The position numbers and the translations under genes are program-made. The notes beneath the pieces were generated by a model, which saw nothing but the letters and a program-made list of their open reading frames with translations, made no database searches and was not told where the DNA came from. Source: the human T2T-CHM13v2.0 reference genome, Homo sapiens. Taken from it: DNA of 64,000 nt. Positions 1-14,912 of this stretch are shown piece after piece (position 1 is the first letter of the stretch; each line of letters starts with the position of its first letter). The stretch lies in the NCBI RefSeq assembly GCF_009914755.1, contig NC_060937.1. One strand, given 5' to 3'.

Positions 1-59
1 AGCAGGGGTCCCCACTGATACCAATACAGTCTACTAACCCTGGATACCAGCCCCTGATT

Positions 60-560
60 ATTCTACCGTTATCTCAAGTGCAACATTTCCATGAATTTGT
101 TATCTTTTTCCTCATTCTGTATTCCCTTCCTGTTGCACCATCCATCAAGTCATACAAACCAGGCATTTGGAAGACATTAACTTATGATTTCACCTGTTCC
201 ATCTATCCTTGCCTACCCACAAGCTTCTAATCTGTGACTAAATTCCATGGGTTCTACCCCTTGAGGCACTGTCACGTCCATCTGCTTTTCCCCATTTTTG
301 TGGTCACTGTTTCAGTAAAGGCTCTTTTTATTTTCCACAGGGACTGTTATAATAATCTTCTAACTAGCCTTCTTGCCTCCATTTGTAGTACACTTTCCAA
401 TTTGTCCCACAATGGGATGCTAGAGTCTTACTTATACTATGCAAATTTTGTTATGTAATGTACTGTCTTAAAAATCTTCCATATTTCCTCATTCTTTTCA
501 AGATAAAAATCTAAACACAAGAATAAATGAGAGCCATTATTATCTGGTTCCTGCCCATTT
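60..560 (+). mobile_element. L2 LINE relic
   Basis: Degenerate match to the L2 3' region, e.g. 'ggactgttataataatcttctaactagccttcttgcctcc'; boundaries approximate. Confidence 0.55.
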
Positions 561-579
561 CTCCAGCCATCTTTAAACA

Positions 580-1121
<542 letters not shown>

Positions 1122-1204
1122 TCAAAAAGATTATTTACTATTTCCCCTAAATTTCCTACTCACCTCTCCTTCTCATTCTCCATCTGTACCCTCTTCTCTT
1201 CAGG

Positions 1205-1381
1205 TTGTCACCTGTAGCCTTTAAGTACCTTAGAATCTATAATCACTTGTGGAGATGTTTAAAATTCCAATGGCCGGGCTTCATTCAGCTCTTGAGATTC
1301 TTAAGGTGAAGCCTGTGCATCAGAATTTTTTTAAAGCAACCCAGTTTTTTCTAAGGTGTAGCCAGGTTTGAGACCTACTGC
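1205..1381. mobile_element. MER5-family (hAT-Charlie) DNA transposon relic
   Basis: 'aatcacttgtggagatgtttaaaa...tgtagccaggtttgagacctactg' resembles the MER5B body and terminus. Confidence 0.55.
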
Positions 1382-4316
1382 CTAGCAAAACTAAATTATA
1401 TATAGTTGTACCAAACATAATGTAACCTCCATTAGCCCTGATCCCAGTGATTGTAACTATTTCTCCCCATATAATTGTCTGTAGGGAATGTTTGGGCTTC
1501 CCACAGCTTCATGGCTCCCTTCAATTTACAATTGACATGACTGGCAGTCAGTAGACTGCCAACAATAACTTGTAAAATAAATAATTGAATAAGACTTGTT
1601 GATTGCTCTTATAAGTACTTTGTAGGAATTCTTAATGTAAGCACTGAAAATTAATATCTTGAAGTTCCTTAAATTTTGCAGGGCAAAGGGAGGAATGAAA
1701 GCACTGAAAAAAACAATTTCAATACATGAAATTATTTACACATAAAATGTGTCAGTTTCCTCCTGAGAAAAGGCTTAAAAAAAAAAAAGCTCTCACTTAA
1801 TTAAAGGCCAAAAAAGTTTTTTTCCCCCAAAGTTTTAAACTCATTAGCATCTTGCAGATATATGTGAAAAACTATAGTCTAGATAAAGATAACAAAGACA
1901 ACAGAGAGGTCTTGTTTTCCTAGTTAACACCCTCCTCTCCTCAGAAAAAGGTGACTTTAAAAGCTACATCTTTATGCAACTGCCATTTTTTCCCCAGTGA
2001 CAGAGTACATTTTCCTAATAATTAATTACTTAGTCATTGGCAAATTAAAACATCATATTACTTTGCAATTAATATATATTTAACACTGTTTATCAATAAA
2101 TTAAGTTAATATTAATTATTATCAATATAATGATTTAAGTTTCTACTATTATTTAAGTTATTCATATAATTTTTGAGAAAACACTTTAGAGGTTTCTTCC
2201 ATGAGGTTTTATTAAAACTGTTATAAGAATCTAAAAATCTTGTGTTTCTGCTATTATGTGAAAAATCTAAGTTATAGTATTTCAAGGGGCGATTTGGTGG
2301 GGGAATAAAATATCTAAGAATATAAAGAGAATCTGAATGACCACATAATAAAAATTAATCATGGTGAATTGCTTTGGGGAGAATCATACACTTGACCCAT
2401 ATTGAAGACTGAAATATTAATCCATTTCTATGACAGAGATCAAGCTTCACAGTCGCTTTTTATCCTCCTCATCATAGAAGCAACAGTTGTAAACCATAAT
2501 GTTATAGTTCAAACAATGCCCCCCCAAGACTTCAAATTTATTATAGCATTCATCTCCAAGACAAAAGACCTGGTGTAGGCAAAAAGCTCTTTTTAGCAAA
2601 AAGCATGGTTGTTATTTATGGCTCAGATGCAAAGAATGAGTTTGGGGAATTTATCAGAGATGAAGGTATGAAATGTTTTAGCTTGTTCTTCCCTCTCTAA
2701 TCCATAAACCATTTTCTCAGCCACCCAAGTGAATTCTAATGGAACAGAAATGATGAAATAATATTTTCCTAGCCCTTTAACACTTTTCCTTCTGTATAAG
2801 TTTCAGTGGGATGAGAAGAATATGTTTTATAATATAATTTAAAATATTATAAGTAGCAATGAAGCAATATTTTAAAATAAGATATAATTTAGCTCCATAG
2901 GCAAAGTTTAGCATTTTTAAAAAGTTTAATTTTTACGTATTGAATTCTGCAATTTCCTATTATTAGTAGTATTAAGAGTACTATGGGCTATCATATAATT
3001 AGAATTTCAGAATGTTAAGTATATTCTCATTAAAATCATTTAAAGAATATAAGCCCCATTATTGTCTCTCCAGTCCCAGCGATTCAATCACATTACTTGA
3101 CCTCTTTCTTTTAATATTCTTCACCATTAATTCTACCTTCATCGTCACTCTCCTTGAATAAGACATGCCATAATCAAAACAAAGATGACTCATAGATTAC
3201 CTACTTTCCATCCTCACTTTTTGGAACAAGTATAAGGCCAAAAAAGATGTCGATTTCTCTAATGACTAGGCCAGGGAGAAAGCTTACTGCAGGTAGGAAG
3301 GTTTAGGATGTGCCAAGATGTGATGAAAGTTCATGCTTTATTCTTACAGATTGCCTTTCTTTTCTTTCCTCTCTGGCCTATGTCAGAAGGGTGTATTGCT
3401 TTCTTATGGTGAAAACATATTCAACAAATGTGACTGGAAAAAAGTATGAAATGTATTAATATTTGCTCTCAAATAAATAAGATGTTTTTAAAAGTGTTGC
3501 AGTTACAGTTCTACAGCCCTGAGCACACTGTGAGCTTCATGGATGACATATTTTTTCTTCTCTAATTCAAAAGACAGGTAATTGTAGAACAAAATAAGGC
3601 AGCTCAAATAAATACAGAATAATCTTTAAGCTGGAAAACTTTTCTGGCATTGTTTGATAGATGTTATACTAAATCTATTGTTTGCCAAATTCCATTTAAA
3701 TTGCTTAAACAGCTCTAGGAAAATGTGGACTCTGTCTGTACAATTTTTAACATCATAATTTGCAGAATTAAAAACAATCCACCACTGAGTTATTTGACAT
3801 CACGCATTTTGATTGCACATTTTCTGAGTCTTGGAGCTTTTTTTCTCTTAGTTGTGATACTATTTCCTTTGCTACAATTTTCATCTGTATTACACTACTT
3901 TATCTTGACATGGAAATAAAAGTTAATTAGTTTCTATGACAACCTGTGCATTAAACATAGCAGTTCTCTCAGATTTGTAAATACATGCCAACTTAGTATT
4001 CAGAATGCAACTTGTATAAGCATTCAGTACAAATAGTGTGAGTTTGTTTGCAGTTAAGATAGAATAGCAACTTGAGCCAGATGACATGATTCATTTGAGT
4101 ATACAGCATCTGTGAAAGATGTCCTAAATTTGTCATCTATGTACCACATACTCTTCATATTTAAAGCTACAAATGCCTTTATAATTTTTTTTTCTTAACC
4201 ACATTAAAGATTCCATATAAAAACTCTACACTAAAAATCTTCTAGGTTTATTCTAACAAAGTGCCAAAAATAGACCCTTCCATTTAGCCTATGAAGTGTT
4301 GCACTCTCTCTAAAAT

Positions 4317-4506
4317 AGTAGTTTTCAAACTTTTGTGTGCAATAGAAACACCTGTGGAACTTCATTAAAAATAAGAATTTCCAGGTTCTGCTCCTAGAGT
4401 GAGAAATTAAGTATATCCAGGATGAGACCAATAAATCTACATTGTTATCAAGCACCTTGGTTGAGTATCATGTGCACTTTGTGAGGGTCACTTTTCTGAA
4501 AAATAG
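4317..4506. mobile_element. MER5A-like DNA transposon relic
   Basis: Begins 'agtagttttcaaactttttgtgtgcaatagaaacacctg', similar to the MER5A 5' end; about 190 bp. Confidence 0.55.
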
Positions 4507-6251
4507 TAGATTGTATATCAGACAGTTTTTAACCAAATGTAGTAAAAGATACTTTTAAATCATCAAGTTATCAGCATACCAAGATTTTAAAACCATTGTG
4601 AAAAAGTACTCCTTATTCTGTACTGAGAGTATAAAAATCACAGTTCTCACAGCATTCGTTATTCTAATTTCAACTTTTTAGAACAATAAATGATAATCTC
4701 ATAAAGAAATCCTCCAGAAGACCAAATATATCAGTTATTGGTTGAAATTAGTAATATGTGACATGATCTTATGCATAAAAACCTTTCACAAAAAGCAGAT
4801 GATTTACATGAATAAAAAAAGAGGCTAAATTTTACTATCCACTATTTTCTATGGACAATATTCTTTTGCCCTCATGGCAAAGGCAAGCTCTAATACATTA
4901 TGCTTTGGGATTCTCATCAGAAACCTATAAACAATGTATAACTTACAAATGTCCTTCAGTGCATTAGAATACTTTTAGTACAGCTTTAAAATTTTAAATC
5001 AATTCTGCCATTCACTCCATATTATTTATCTTCAATTTCTCCATATTTTAAATGTCACTGTGTCATATTAAGTAATAAAAAGTTTAAAAGATTATAACCT
5101 GAACTTGGCAGATATGCACTTTCATTACAAGGCCTGAAATCCTTGCCTTCGTACGTTTTCTCTACCAGAGTCTTACTTCTTATCTTGTTTTCATTTTTGA
5201 ATGCAATGAAATCTTCACACTCACCGAACAGTCTAAAGTATCAACAATGTTATTTTAAACCAATTCTAATAGTAAGTTAACGGTATTTAAAATATTTGGC
5301 TCTTAATCAGACTATTTTGTCACCTCTTTTAAAAATTATCCTATTATACAATATCAGCTGAAATTATCCATCATTCTGCTAGTCTTAAATCATCCTTTAA
5401 TTCTATCAGTTATATTATTCACATGCCCCGTAATCCAGTAACATTTCATTTTCTTCAATCTGAAGCTCAAGAAGGAAAGAACGCATTTAAAGATTAATTT
5501 TTATGTATGCTCTTGTAACAAATTAAAACTAAGTGACATAATAGGCTTTATTATAAGAAAATTATGTGTACCAAAATGTGCTTGGGTAGAAAACGTAATT
5601 TATTTTCTCAGAACGTCCCCCTAAAGTAGGTGTTGTTTTCATTAAGTTTTTTTGCCTTTTAAAGGCCATAAGAAACTGAATTAACTAAATCTAGTAAATT
5701 CCATGTAAGCATTAAGTAACTCAGAACTCAAAGACTTATGGCAACAAAACTATGTACAGAATAGCCAGGTGCCTCTTTCCCTCCAGTGCAATACTGATCT
5801 TTCCTTGACTACATGGTTTTTGCTGTGACACCACTCTCATTAGATTGGAATTTGTGTTAACTTCCCTGTACTAGGACTTACTAATAGGATTGCTAGCAAT
5901 TATTATACTGAAATGAAATCAGCACAAACTATTAGATCTGTTTAAACAAGTTAAAAATAAACCTTGATTAAATGTTCTTTTATAAGAAGCTGCTCATTAG
6001 GGCTACATGGCCTTCAGAAAAATTGGTGTTTCATTAACATCAAAGAATGTACTCAGTTTAAACTCCCTAGCCTAAAAAGTTACATAGAAAATAAAGTTTT
6101 AAAAATATTTTAGATAATGAAATTTTAGGAAAGATCTTCCTTATAGCTCTTGGTTTAGTCAATAGAAAGAAATATACTATTAAGAATGAGGAGTATTAAT
6201 AATGGAATTATGAAGAAGAACACCACCAGCAAATGCAAAAAGAAGCAAAAG

Positions 6252-6253
6252 AA

Positions 6254-6288
<35 letters not shown>

Positions 6289-6290
6289 AT
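6252..6290. repeat. (AAAT)n microsatellite, about 10 units
   Basis: Pure aata repeat read directly. Confidence 0.95.
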
Positions 6291-6702
6291 CTTTGCCAGA
6301 ATGATCAAATGACAGATTTCTTCTAAGCTGAGATACAAGTCGGCCACGAAATTGTTGAATTAAAAAGTCACTTAGTATTTAAATGCAAATCAGTATGTCA
6401 ATTTAAGTATCCCTGCATCCATTTTTGCAACTAATCAGTAACTTTTGAACCAAAGTAGAACTTACAGAACTCTAGAAAGGGCAAGTATCCCATTCTAGAA
6501 AGTAGAAACAACATTTTTCTTGTTACAAAGAATCAATGAACTGTTATGACCTGATTTGGTGGAAATTATTCTGTTGTGATAGATAACCTAACATAATTAA
6601 GATATAGTGTTGGTAAATGTTAAACATTTTTATGGGCTACAAACTCATAGAAAGGATTTGAGTAAAATTCTTATTATTCATCTTCTTATATCCATATCAT
6701 TA

Positions 6703-6727
6703 CACACACACACACATACACACACAC
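6703..6727. repeat. (CA)n microsatellite, interrupted
   Basis: About 12 CA units with one TA. Confidence 0.9.
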
Positions 6728-9499
6728 TCTTTATCTCACTAAGAAAAGGTAAATATTACTGTATAAAGGTAAATGTTAGTTACATAAAGGTGGGTTACCA
6801 TTTATGGTTGAAGATGAGTAAAGGATGAAAAAAAAAAGCCACTATAATTAAAAGTCCAAGAGAATCATCAAACATTGAAATTCACAATAACATGTTATCT
6901 AAAGTTACTGGCAAGTTGATCTATTTAAAGATTACAATTTACTATCCTTAAAAGGGTTTTAAAATAAAATAATTCATTTTCTGAACTGTACATGTATTAT
7001 TCTAAACAAACCAAGCAGTAATTACAACTGTAAATTAATCTCTTCATATAGACTGATATCCTCTACAGTATACTTGCCCCTTGCCTACACAGTAATATGA
7101 ATATGTTCTGATGTTTAAAAGGAATAAACCTTCTAGTTTGAGTAATTAACATTCCTTAATTAAACATACTAAGGAATAGACAATGGGTTCTTTATGAATA
7201 TGTGAGCATGCCTAAAAGCAACAAAATCACACTTTTGTTAAAGCATTTGTGTGTATTTTGCACAATTTTTAAAAGTTTAACCTCTGTAGATCAATGTGCT
7301 TCCTTAAAAGACTTTAATAAATTAAAGTGCAGAGAGCTTTTTTTCACCAGGCAGAAAAAGCTGATGAGACAGGTTTAGTTTAATCTCAGGCAATAGAAGT
7401 CATTAACCATTCTCTCAGGGATTAAAATATAGCTTGCCCTTTTCTTCTCTCACTTATCATTAGCATCACTTTAATCTCCTAGCGTTTCACACTGCTATTT
7501 TAATCATTACTTACTGCCTTTTGACAAGTGCAGAACATGCTTTTTCTCATTGAGGCAATATCCTGGTTTTAGCTGACAAATGTAGGACATAATGTAAAAA
7601 TATCAAAGTGACATCTCTTAAACACACCTTCATCATAAAAACTCTAAAGTTACAATATTCCTTTGTCTAGTATTTCCATGAAAATTATCATTTGAAAGGT
7701 TTATATCTTAAATAAAGAAAAAAGTTTCTTCCAAATACAACAAAAACTAGTTTAGAGAAATAGTATGCTGAATAAATGAGATCTAAAAATATGCACATAC
7801 ATGTTATTCTTACTCTCTAAAATGTATACTCATGAACTGCCAAGTGTTTACAAAAGCAAAATGTTGTTTCGATATAACTATAATAACAAAATATGCTATA
7901 TTGAAATGCCCACCCAATTACCATTTAATGCTTTATAATGATACTACATAGTACATATATCCTAGGTTGAGCAAAGTGCTGCAATGATTATCCCTAATTC
8001 TATTATTTTAAAATATGTACCACACCTCTGCTGATTGATAGATACTATGTAATTCTTGCGGAAAATTTAGGTAGAAATAACAATAGTTACAACCATATTC
8101 ATATGTAACATCTGAAAACCTATTAAGAGTGTTACTACTGAACTTTCCGCTACATTTTCAAAATTGCTAGTTTAGATAAAAGAAAAACCATATGATGTTT
8201 GTTAATGTTCTTTTATCTAATGACATTTAGTTTAATTTACAGAATCTCTTTAATCTAATCTGCCTAAACCTGAAGTGGATAACAAATTTGGCATAAGTCT
8301 CTTGAGATCTGTGAATGTAAGTTTTATATTGTCTTTAGATATAAATATTACAAGTCTGAGAATATATTCTAGCATTAATACTGTGTTCTATTTTAACTCA
8401 AAACTAAACCAATGAAATGTTTGGTAATTGTAAAACCTGACTTTTTAAACCAAAGCACCAATTTTTGGTAACGATCACTAACACTTGGCCCCAAGCCTTT
8501 TAATCTAGTCCATCTGTAATGATCTCATAGTACTTTCAACCATTATTTAACTGTTAGAAGAAAAAATATGTCGCACTATATGTTTCGACAATAAAATCCC
8601 TTCTTAAGCTTCACAAAGCAGAACAATTCATTATTTGATCTCTTTCCAGGTTCAAAGTCTGTCTTATTACAGTACTTCAAAGAAATATGTAATCAAAGAC
8701 AAACAGCTGTGAAAACAATCTTTTATTACTTTATTATCATTGAGAATATATCTTTGGAGTAAACCAGTGGAAATAGCGTACAAATAATCTTCATAAAGGT
8801 TGTTGTTTTGCATTTGTTCACAAACTATGCATGTTTATCTTTAAGGCTTTAATTTTACTTTCTATAAATAGAATAATGGCACAGGCCAGTCACTCTATTG
8901 CCTGTTTAAAAAAAAAAAAAGGAACAATAGCAACAACACCACAAACAAGTTAGCTGCTCCAATGTCAAAGAAATGTTTTTAATAAACAAATTTTCAAAAT
9001 GATATTCAGTGATGTGACTCCCTGGGTTAACATTGCCCTGAAGTGAAATTATTTTTTTCTGGTGTTCATATTAATCAGTTAGATTTGCAGAATTAGTCAA
9101 CTACAAATTGGTATACACAACTAGAATGCATACACCTAAAGTTCCACTGAGTATTCTGAAAACAGATGCAAAATCAAGCAATTAGCTTCTAAGGTAGAAG
9201 CTACATTGCCAAAATTATCTTCATATTTTACACATCACACAATAATCTGGTCATGTCTATATTTCTCAGTATGGAGGGTTTCTGTTATCAACATGCAAAT
9301 AGACTGGACAACATAACATAGTGTTCTTTAAATGGGAATGACTCTCTTCATCTGCAGCCTTGTGAGACACTGTAGGTTTCAAGGTAGAAGTGATGAAGTC
9401 CTGCCATCCCACTACAGTAGAAAACATGTGGAGGCAGAAGGAAGAAACACCTCCTGAGTGCATATTATATGGTAGAAACCGTATAATTTAGTTATGATA

Positions 9500-9620
9500 C
9501 CAACCCTTTGAGGAAGTCATTATTTATAATCCATGCTTTACAGATGTGGAAACGGATTTTAAAAGTTTAGTAACTTTTGACTCATTCTTGGGTTAATCAG
9601 ACTCCAAAGTCAGTGTGCTC
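9500..9620 (-). mobile_element. MIR fragment
   Basis: 'aaccctttgagg...tttacagatgtggaaac...cagactccaaagtc' MIR core in reverse. Confidence 0.5.
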
Positions 9621-9904
9621 ATTGTATTAGATCAGAATGCTGTCCATTCTAGAACACACTTTCTAGGTACATGTCCTCAAAAGGCACTATAATCTCTAAC
9701 AAATCCAACTCTTCTTCAGAAAACCATAAGGCATTATGGTAGACAGGGACAAAATAGGTCACTGTCATTTTCTATGAAACTAAATTGATGATTCATCAAC
9801 ACAGGCCATTGTTAGAAAGATCATTGTTCCTAGGTCTTTACAAACATATCGCTAGGCCAAAAGTGATGTGAAATCGGTGCCATCTTGCTTACCAAAAGAT
9901 ATCA

Positions 9905-10248
<344 letters not shown>

Positions 10249-12099
10249 AATTGCCACCTCAAATTGACAAACTGAAGAAGACAGACAGATAACAGTTATT
10301 CTGGTGCCATGGCCATATAGACAAACCAGGTAATTAAGGCTGTGATATAAATTTTTAAAAGATAATGGTATGTTCATTTCACTTTCTACTGTCTTAGTAC
10401 AATCGCAAAATGATTTAATACCTTTGTATTGGTTTTAAAGTTTTGTCTCTAAAAATAAACATAGATACATATATAAACAAATGCATATTCACACAAAGAT
10501 ATATACATTAGCTATGATATGTTCTTATGTATTTATATGTAACATTGTCTTAGTTGTAAAATGTGAAGTCTAAACTGAATATAGTTGTCACAGACATTCC
10601 TTTATATTATTAAGATTATTTGAAGGTCACTGACAGAGGAAGGAAAAAATAACACAATGATAGGCAGTAAACAGAACTGAATTTAAATTTTTTGTTATTG
10701 CCAGTAAACATAACTGAAAAATCTAACATCATATTAGTATGAACATTAGTATTTTCAATTTTAAATAATACATTAAAAAATTCCTAGAGACTCTTTGCCA
10801 GCCAAGTGTAGGGATAATGGAGAAAATGGAATTGCTTATTTGAAGTTATGATCCTTCACTTCATAGCACAACTTGGTTTAGTTTTATTGGTTACTAAATA
10901 AGCAGTATAAGAATTAAAAATGAATTTAAGGCATGACTCAATTTCCATAAAAGTTAATTTCTTGACTTTTCAGTTTGATTGTTATCAAAAGTTATTCAGT
11001 AAAAGGGCGCAAAACAAAGCCAGTCACTCCAGCTTTGGAATAATTAAGCAGTAATTTGACCAAACATTTCCTTCCTTCCTGTGTATTTCTCAAAGTCACT
11101 ATTACACTATAAATTTTAGCAGAACCATTTTTAATGGGCACAATCTATGAGGGAAATAGTCCATAGTAAAATGTTTCACAACCAAGGTTGGCAACACCAT
11201 TATGAAGTCACTTTTTACTGCTATTTTTAGGATGTATTCAAGATAAACTTTTGATTTTCAGGTTTTTAGAAAGGTCAGATTATAGAAGTGAGAGTTACCA
11301 TGGCTAATTTTGACATGTAACACCTATGTATAATTGAGTTTATTAATTTTGGAAATACCTAAAGAAAAGTTAAATAGTATGGTATTATAACTTTAGATGT
11401 TATTTTAATGCAATATTTTCTTAATATATTGATTAATAAAGAATTAGATCAGTTAATGCTAATTCATTGTTTCCATTTTGGGTGATGCTATAATAAGCAA
11501 TAAAAAAGGAGAAATAACAGTCTTAATTCCTAAGAGTCCCTGGATCATTTGCTTTCATTGAAAAGGTATCATTCATAAAGTCATGTGAAATAATCTTATA
11601 CAGCTGCTTTTTCACTTTTTGAGGGTACCTTCTTACATATCATTTCATTTCATACTGAATAAAACATATATTTAAATTTTACTTACCCAGATAGAAAAAC
11701 TAGCATCTTTTCTACACCCCAAATAAACCCTGCTGTTGCTTTTACTTTGTCACTCACTGGTAATTTTTTTCTTTGTCTTCTTTATCTTTTACCTTCAGCA
11801 AGTGACTTCTCATCTGACTTGATCTCTACAACTTGTTCTTCCTTCATCACTCCCCACCCAGACCCTGTCCCAGAAGTTTCAGAAGCCTCTTGACCTCCAA
11901 TGCAAACATCTGATAAGCATCCTCAAAGCACTCTAGGCCTATTCATAGTTTTCTGTCTTATCCCAAATTATGCTATCTATTCTTTCAGCTTCCTGTAATT
12001 CCTGTTATCAAATATATTTCACTGTTTTGCCCCCATGGTTTACAACAATCACCCTCTTGTTGTTTTCAGATGAGTTCCTTAAAATGGTAAAGGGGAGCT

Positions 12100-12213
12100 C
12101 AGGAAACATTTCCACCTTCTTCTTCTTGTCCGTACGGTATAGCCTTAAAGAGACAGGAAACATTTCCACCTTCTTCTTCTTGTCCGTACGGTATAGCCTT
12201 AAAGAGACAGGAA
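12100..12213. repeat. Perfect 54-bp tandem duplication
   Basis: 12100-12153 is identical to 12154-12207, followed by 'caggaa'. Confidence 0.97.
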
Positions 12214-12405
12214 CTTCAGAGTCAGACAGTCCTGGCTCTTAGCGTGTCTCCAACAAACTGTTTGGTAGCTTGAACAGTAAGTCTCAGTTTCCTCATGAGT
12301 TAAATGGGAATAATGACATCTATATCATAGGGTTATTATAAGCATTAAGTAGACAAAATTTTCAAAAATTTTATGGTACATCGTTGATGCTAATCAAACT
12401 TAGTA
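12186..12405 (+). mobile_element. MIR SINE
   Basis: 'cagagtcagacagtcctgg...tctcagtttcctcat...aaatgggaataatgacatctatatcatagggtt' MIR head and core. Confidence 0.7.
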
Positions 12406-12772
12406 TCACTTCCCCTCTTCTAGAAACTCATGTATAAATAAACAAGAATTGTTCTGAACTGCATTATCCTAGCTTGCTTTTAACAATCTATGTGATTTTA
12501 TATATAATTATATTGGCAGTGACTGCATCTATATTATGTCCATCATTTTAAAACACAAAACAACTAATCCAAACGCCAAACTTGTAGATTGGAGCTATAT
12601 TTTTTCCTAAATTTTTGTTTTGTTTTGTCTAGTTTGGATTTCTACTGGACAACAAATAGAAGACTTGCTAACCTTTGTCAGACGTTTAATTTTAAGTATT
12701 TATGTGTAATATTCCCACTATTCTCAACATTCATATTCAGTATATATGAATTATTAAATCAATAAATTATAA

Positions 12773-13032
12773 GGCCAGGTGTGGTGGCTCACACCTATAA
12801 TCCCAGCACTTTGGGAGGCCAATGAAGGTGGATTGCTTGAACCCAAAAGTTTGAGACCAGCCTGGGTAAAATGGTAAAACCTCATCTCTACAAAAAATAC
12901 ACAAATTAGCTGGTAGTAAGGGGTTGTGCCTAGAGTCCCAGCTACTTGGGAGGCTGAGGTAGGAGGTTGCAGTGAGCCGAGATTGCACCACTGCACTCCA
13001 GCTTAGGCGACAGAGTGAGACCCTGTCTACAA

Positions 13033-13075
<43 letters not shown>

Positions 13076-13076
13076 A
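12773..13076 (+). mobile_element. AluJ with internal right-arm deletion and (AAAT)n tail
   Basis: Starts 'ggccaggtgtggtggctcacacc'; 'ggctgaggtaggag' joins directly to 'gttgcagtgagc'; tail 13031-13076. Confidence 0.92.
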
Positions 13077-14032
13077 ACTATAAAACTTCAGAATTGAAGT
13101 GGACCTTATAAATAAGCTAGTTATTTCTCTCAATTTACAAAAGACAATGCATTGCTCCAAGAGATTAGACAACTCAGTCGGCGATATTCAGAATCAGTAG
13201 TAGAAGCCAGATTTCTGACAATTAACTCACTAATTTCTTGATACTTTGATTTTTACATAAGTCAAATGTAATTAATATTTTGAGATATACATTTTACTGA
13301 TCTTTGTCTTTAACATTAGAGTAAATGTTAAAGGAATAAACTCCCTGATTTCTGTTTTCAAACTTCCCTTCAGTGACAAATGAGAGCACTCAATAGTTTT
13401 AAAATTAACTTTCTGTGGATTATAGCTTTATAATGTTGAACAAATGTCCCCAATTTTTGGAGAAATTTAAGTTGAAAAATCTAGTAAAAAAATCTTAATT
13501 TTCAAAAGGCATAACTATTGTTTTCTTTATAATAGTTTATAAAAAAAATTCTTATAATAAAAGTAAAGAAATATAAACTGCAACTTTCCTCTGCTAACAA
13601 TATGTAGAAATCATATGTTTTAAGCATAGCTCTTGAAACACATAGTAAGCTCCTTTCAGAATTTCATATATTTATCATTTCTTTAAGAATAACATTTCCA
13701 AAAAATTAAACTTGGAAACAATAAATTTGTTCTGGTATAGTTTATAGAATTGTTACCCTAGGAGAAACACTGGTCTAACATGGCATTTGTTTATCAAATG
13801 ATCACTAAAGAAAGGCAGATACCAGAAAGTTGGAGCTTTATGTGATATTTTCATTGTAACCATTCATATACACAGATTTAGAAAAGAAAGTTGCTCCCCT
13901 TTTTCAGCAAGATTTGAATGGCATTTTGCAAGACTTAACTTTGATACCTTTTCTTCTGTCATACCTAAGTCAAACTTTCTTACAGTGTGGATATAGTGAA
14001 AAGATGAGAATTTAACAAAAACAAAGGGCTGA

Positions 14033-14206
14033 ATATATATATATACATATATACACATATATACACATATATACATATATACACATATATACACATATAT
14101 ACGTATATACGTATATATACACATATATACGTATATACGTATATATACACATATATACGTATATACGTATATACATATATATACATTTATATACATATAT
14201 ATATAA
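14033..14206. repeat. Compound (TA)/(CA)/(TACG) alternating purine-pyrimidine repeat
   Basis: Read directly; includes about 3 copies of 28-bp acacatatatacgtatatacgtatatat from 14091. Confidence 0.95.
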
Positions 14207-14834
14207 CATGCAAAGGTAACAGAAAACGTTTTAAGAGTTTGATTTTGGATTTTAGAACAAAACTTAACTTCATTCACATCCAGATATCTGAGAAAGAACA
14301 GCTATACCCTTTTAACATCACCATTTAGAAAATAGAATGCAGAAAGTGGCAACGCAAAATATACTTTGAGTAAGACACATTAATTTCTCTGGACCTCCAA
14401 CTTTTTGCTTGTAAAAAGTACTTACTTTACTGAGTCATTTAATAAAATGAGTGACTTAATGCTTGCAGAGCGCTTTGCATACAACCTAAACCATATTGGA
14501 AGCTCAAGTGGTAAAACAATAACCACACCAAACAAAAATAGTTCCATTTCATGGAGTGATGGAGATACTTGCTACCTCTCCACCTCTCCTTTCCCCTCTA
14601 TTCCCAGATCTCTTCTTTGACATCTTCAAAATTCAACAAAAAAGTTTCCCTGTCTTTTTCCTTCCCATCCCTGGCCACCTCTACTCAACTGCATCCACCT
14701 ATTTTATGTTTCTACTTGTGCAAATCTCAAGTTTTGGACTCACCACAGAGAATTATGCAGACTTATTTCTCTTTCCTACTATATTGTGAGCTGAGAACAA
14801 AAACTCTTTATTAAATCTCTGGAAACCTCTTCTC

Positions 14835-14912
14835 TATATTAGTGCCTGGCATATTGTGGGTGCTTCAAAAACATCCTATGAAGGAATGAATGAATGAATG
14901 AATGAATGAATG
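14835..14912 (+). mobile_element. L2 3' terminus with (GAAT)n tail
   Basis: 'tagtgcctggcatattgtgggtgcttcaaaaac...gaatgaatgaatg' typical L2 end. Confidence 0.7.

Noticed and set aside
11970-12242. 90-aa ORF with an exact 18-aa repeat
   Set aside because: Explained by the 54-bp DNA duplication; runs into a MIR; no protein family resemblance
13864-14277. Long Y/I/V/C-rich ORFs here and at 51376-51728
   Set aside because: Stop-free TA/CA microsatellite; the second set also reads a decayed L1 ORF2 end
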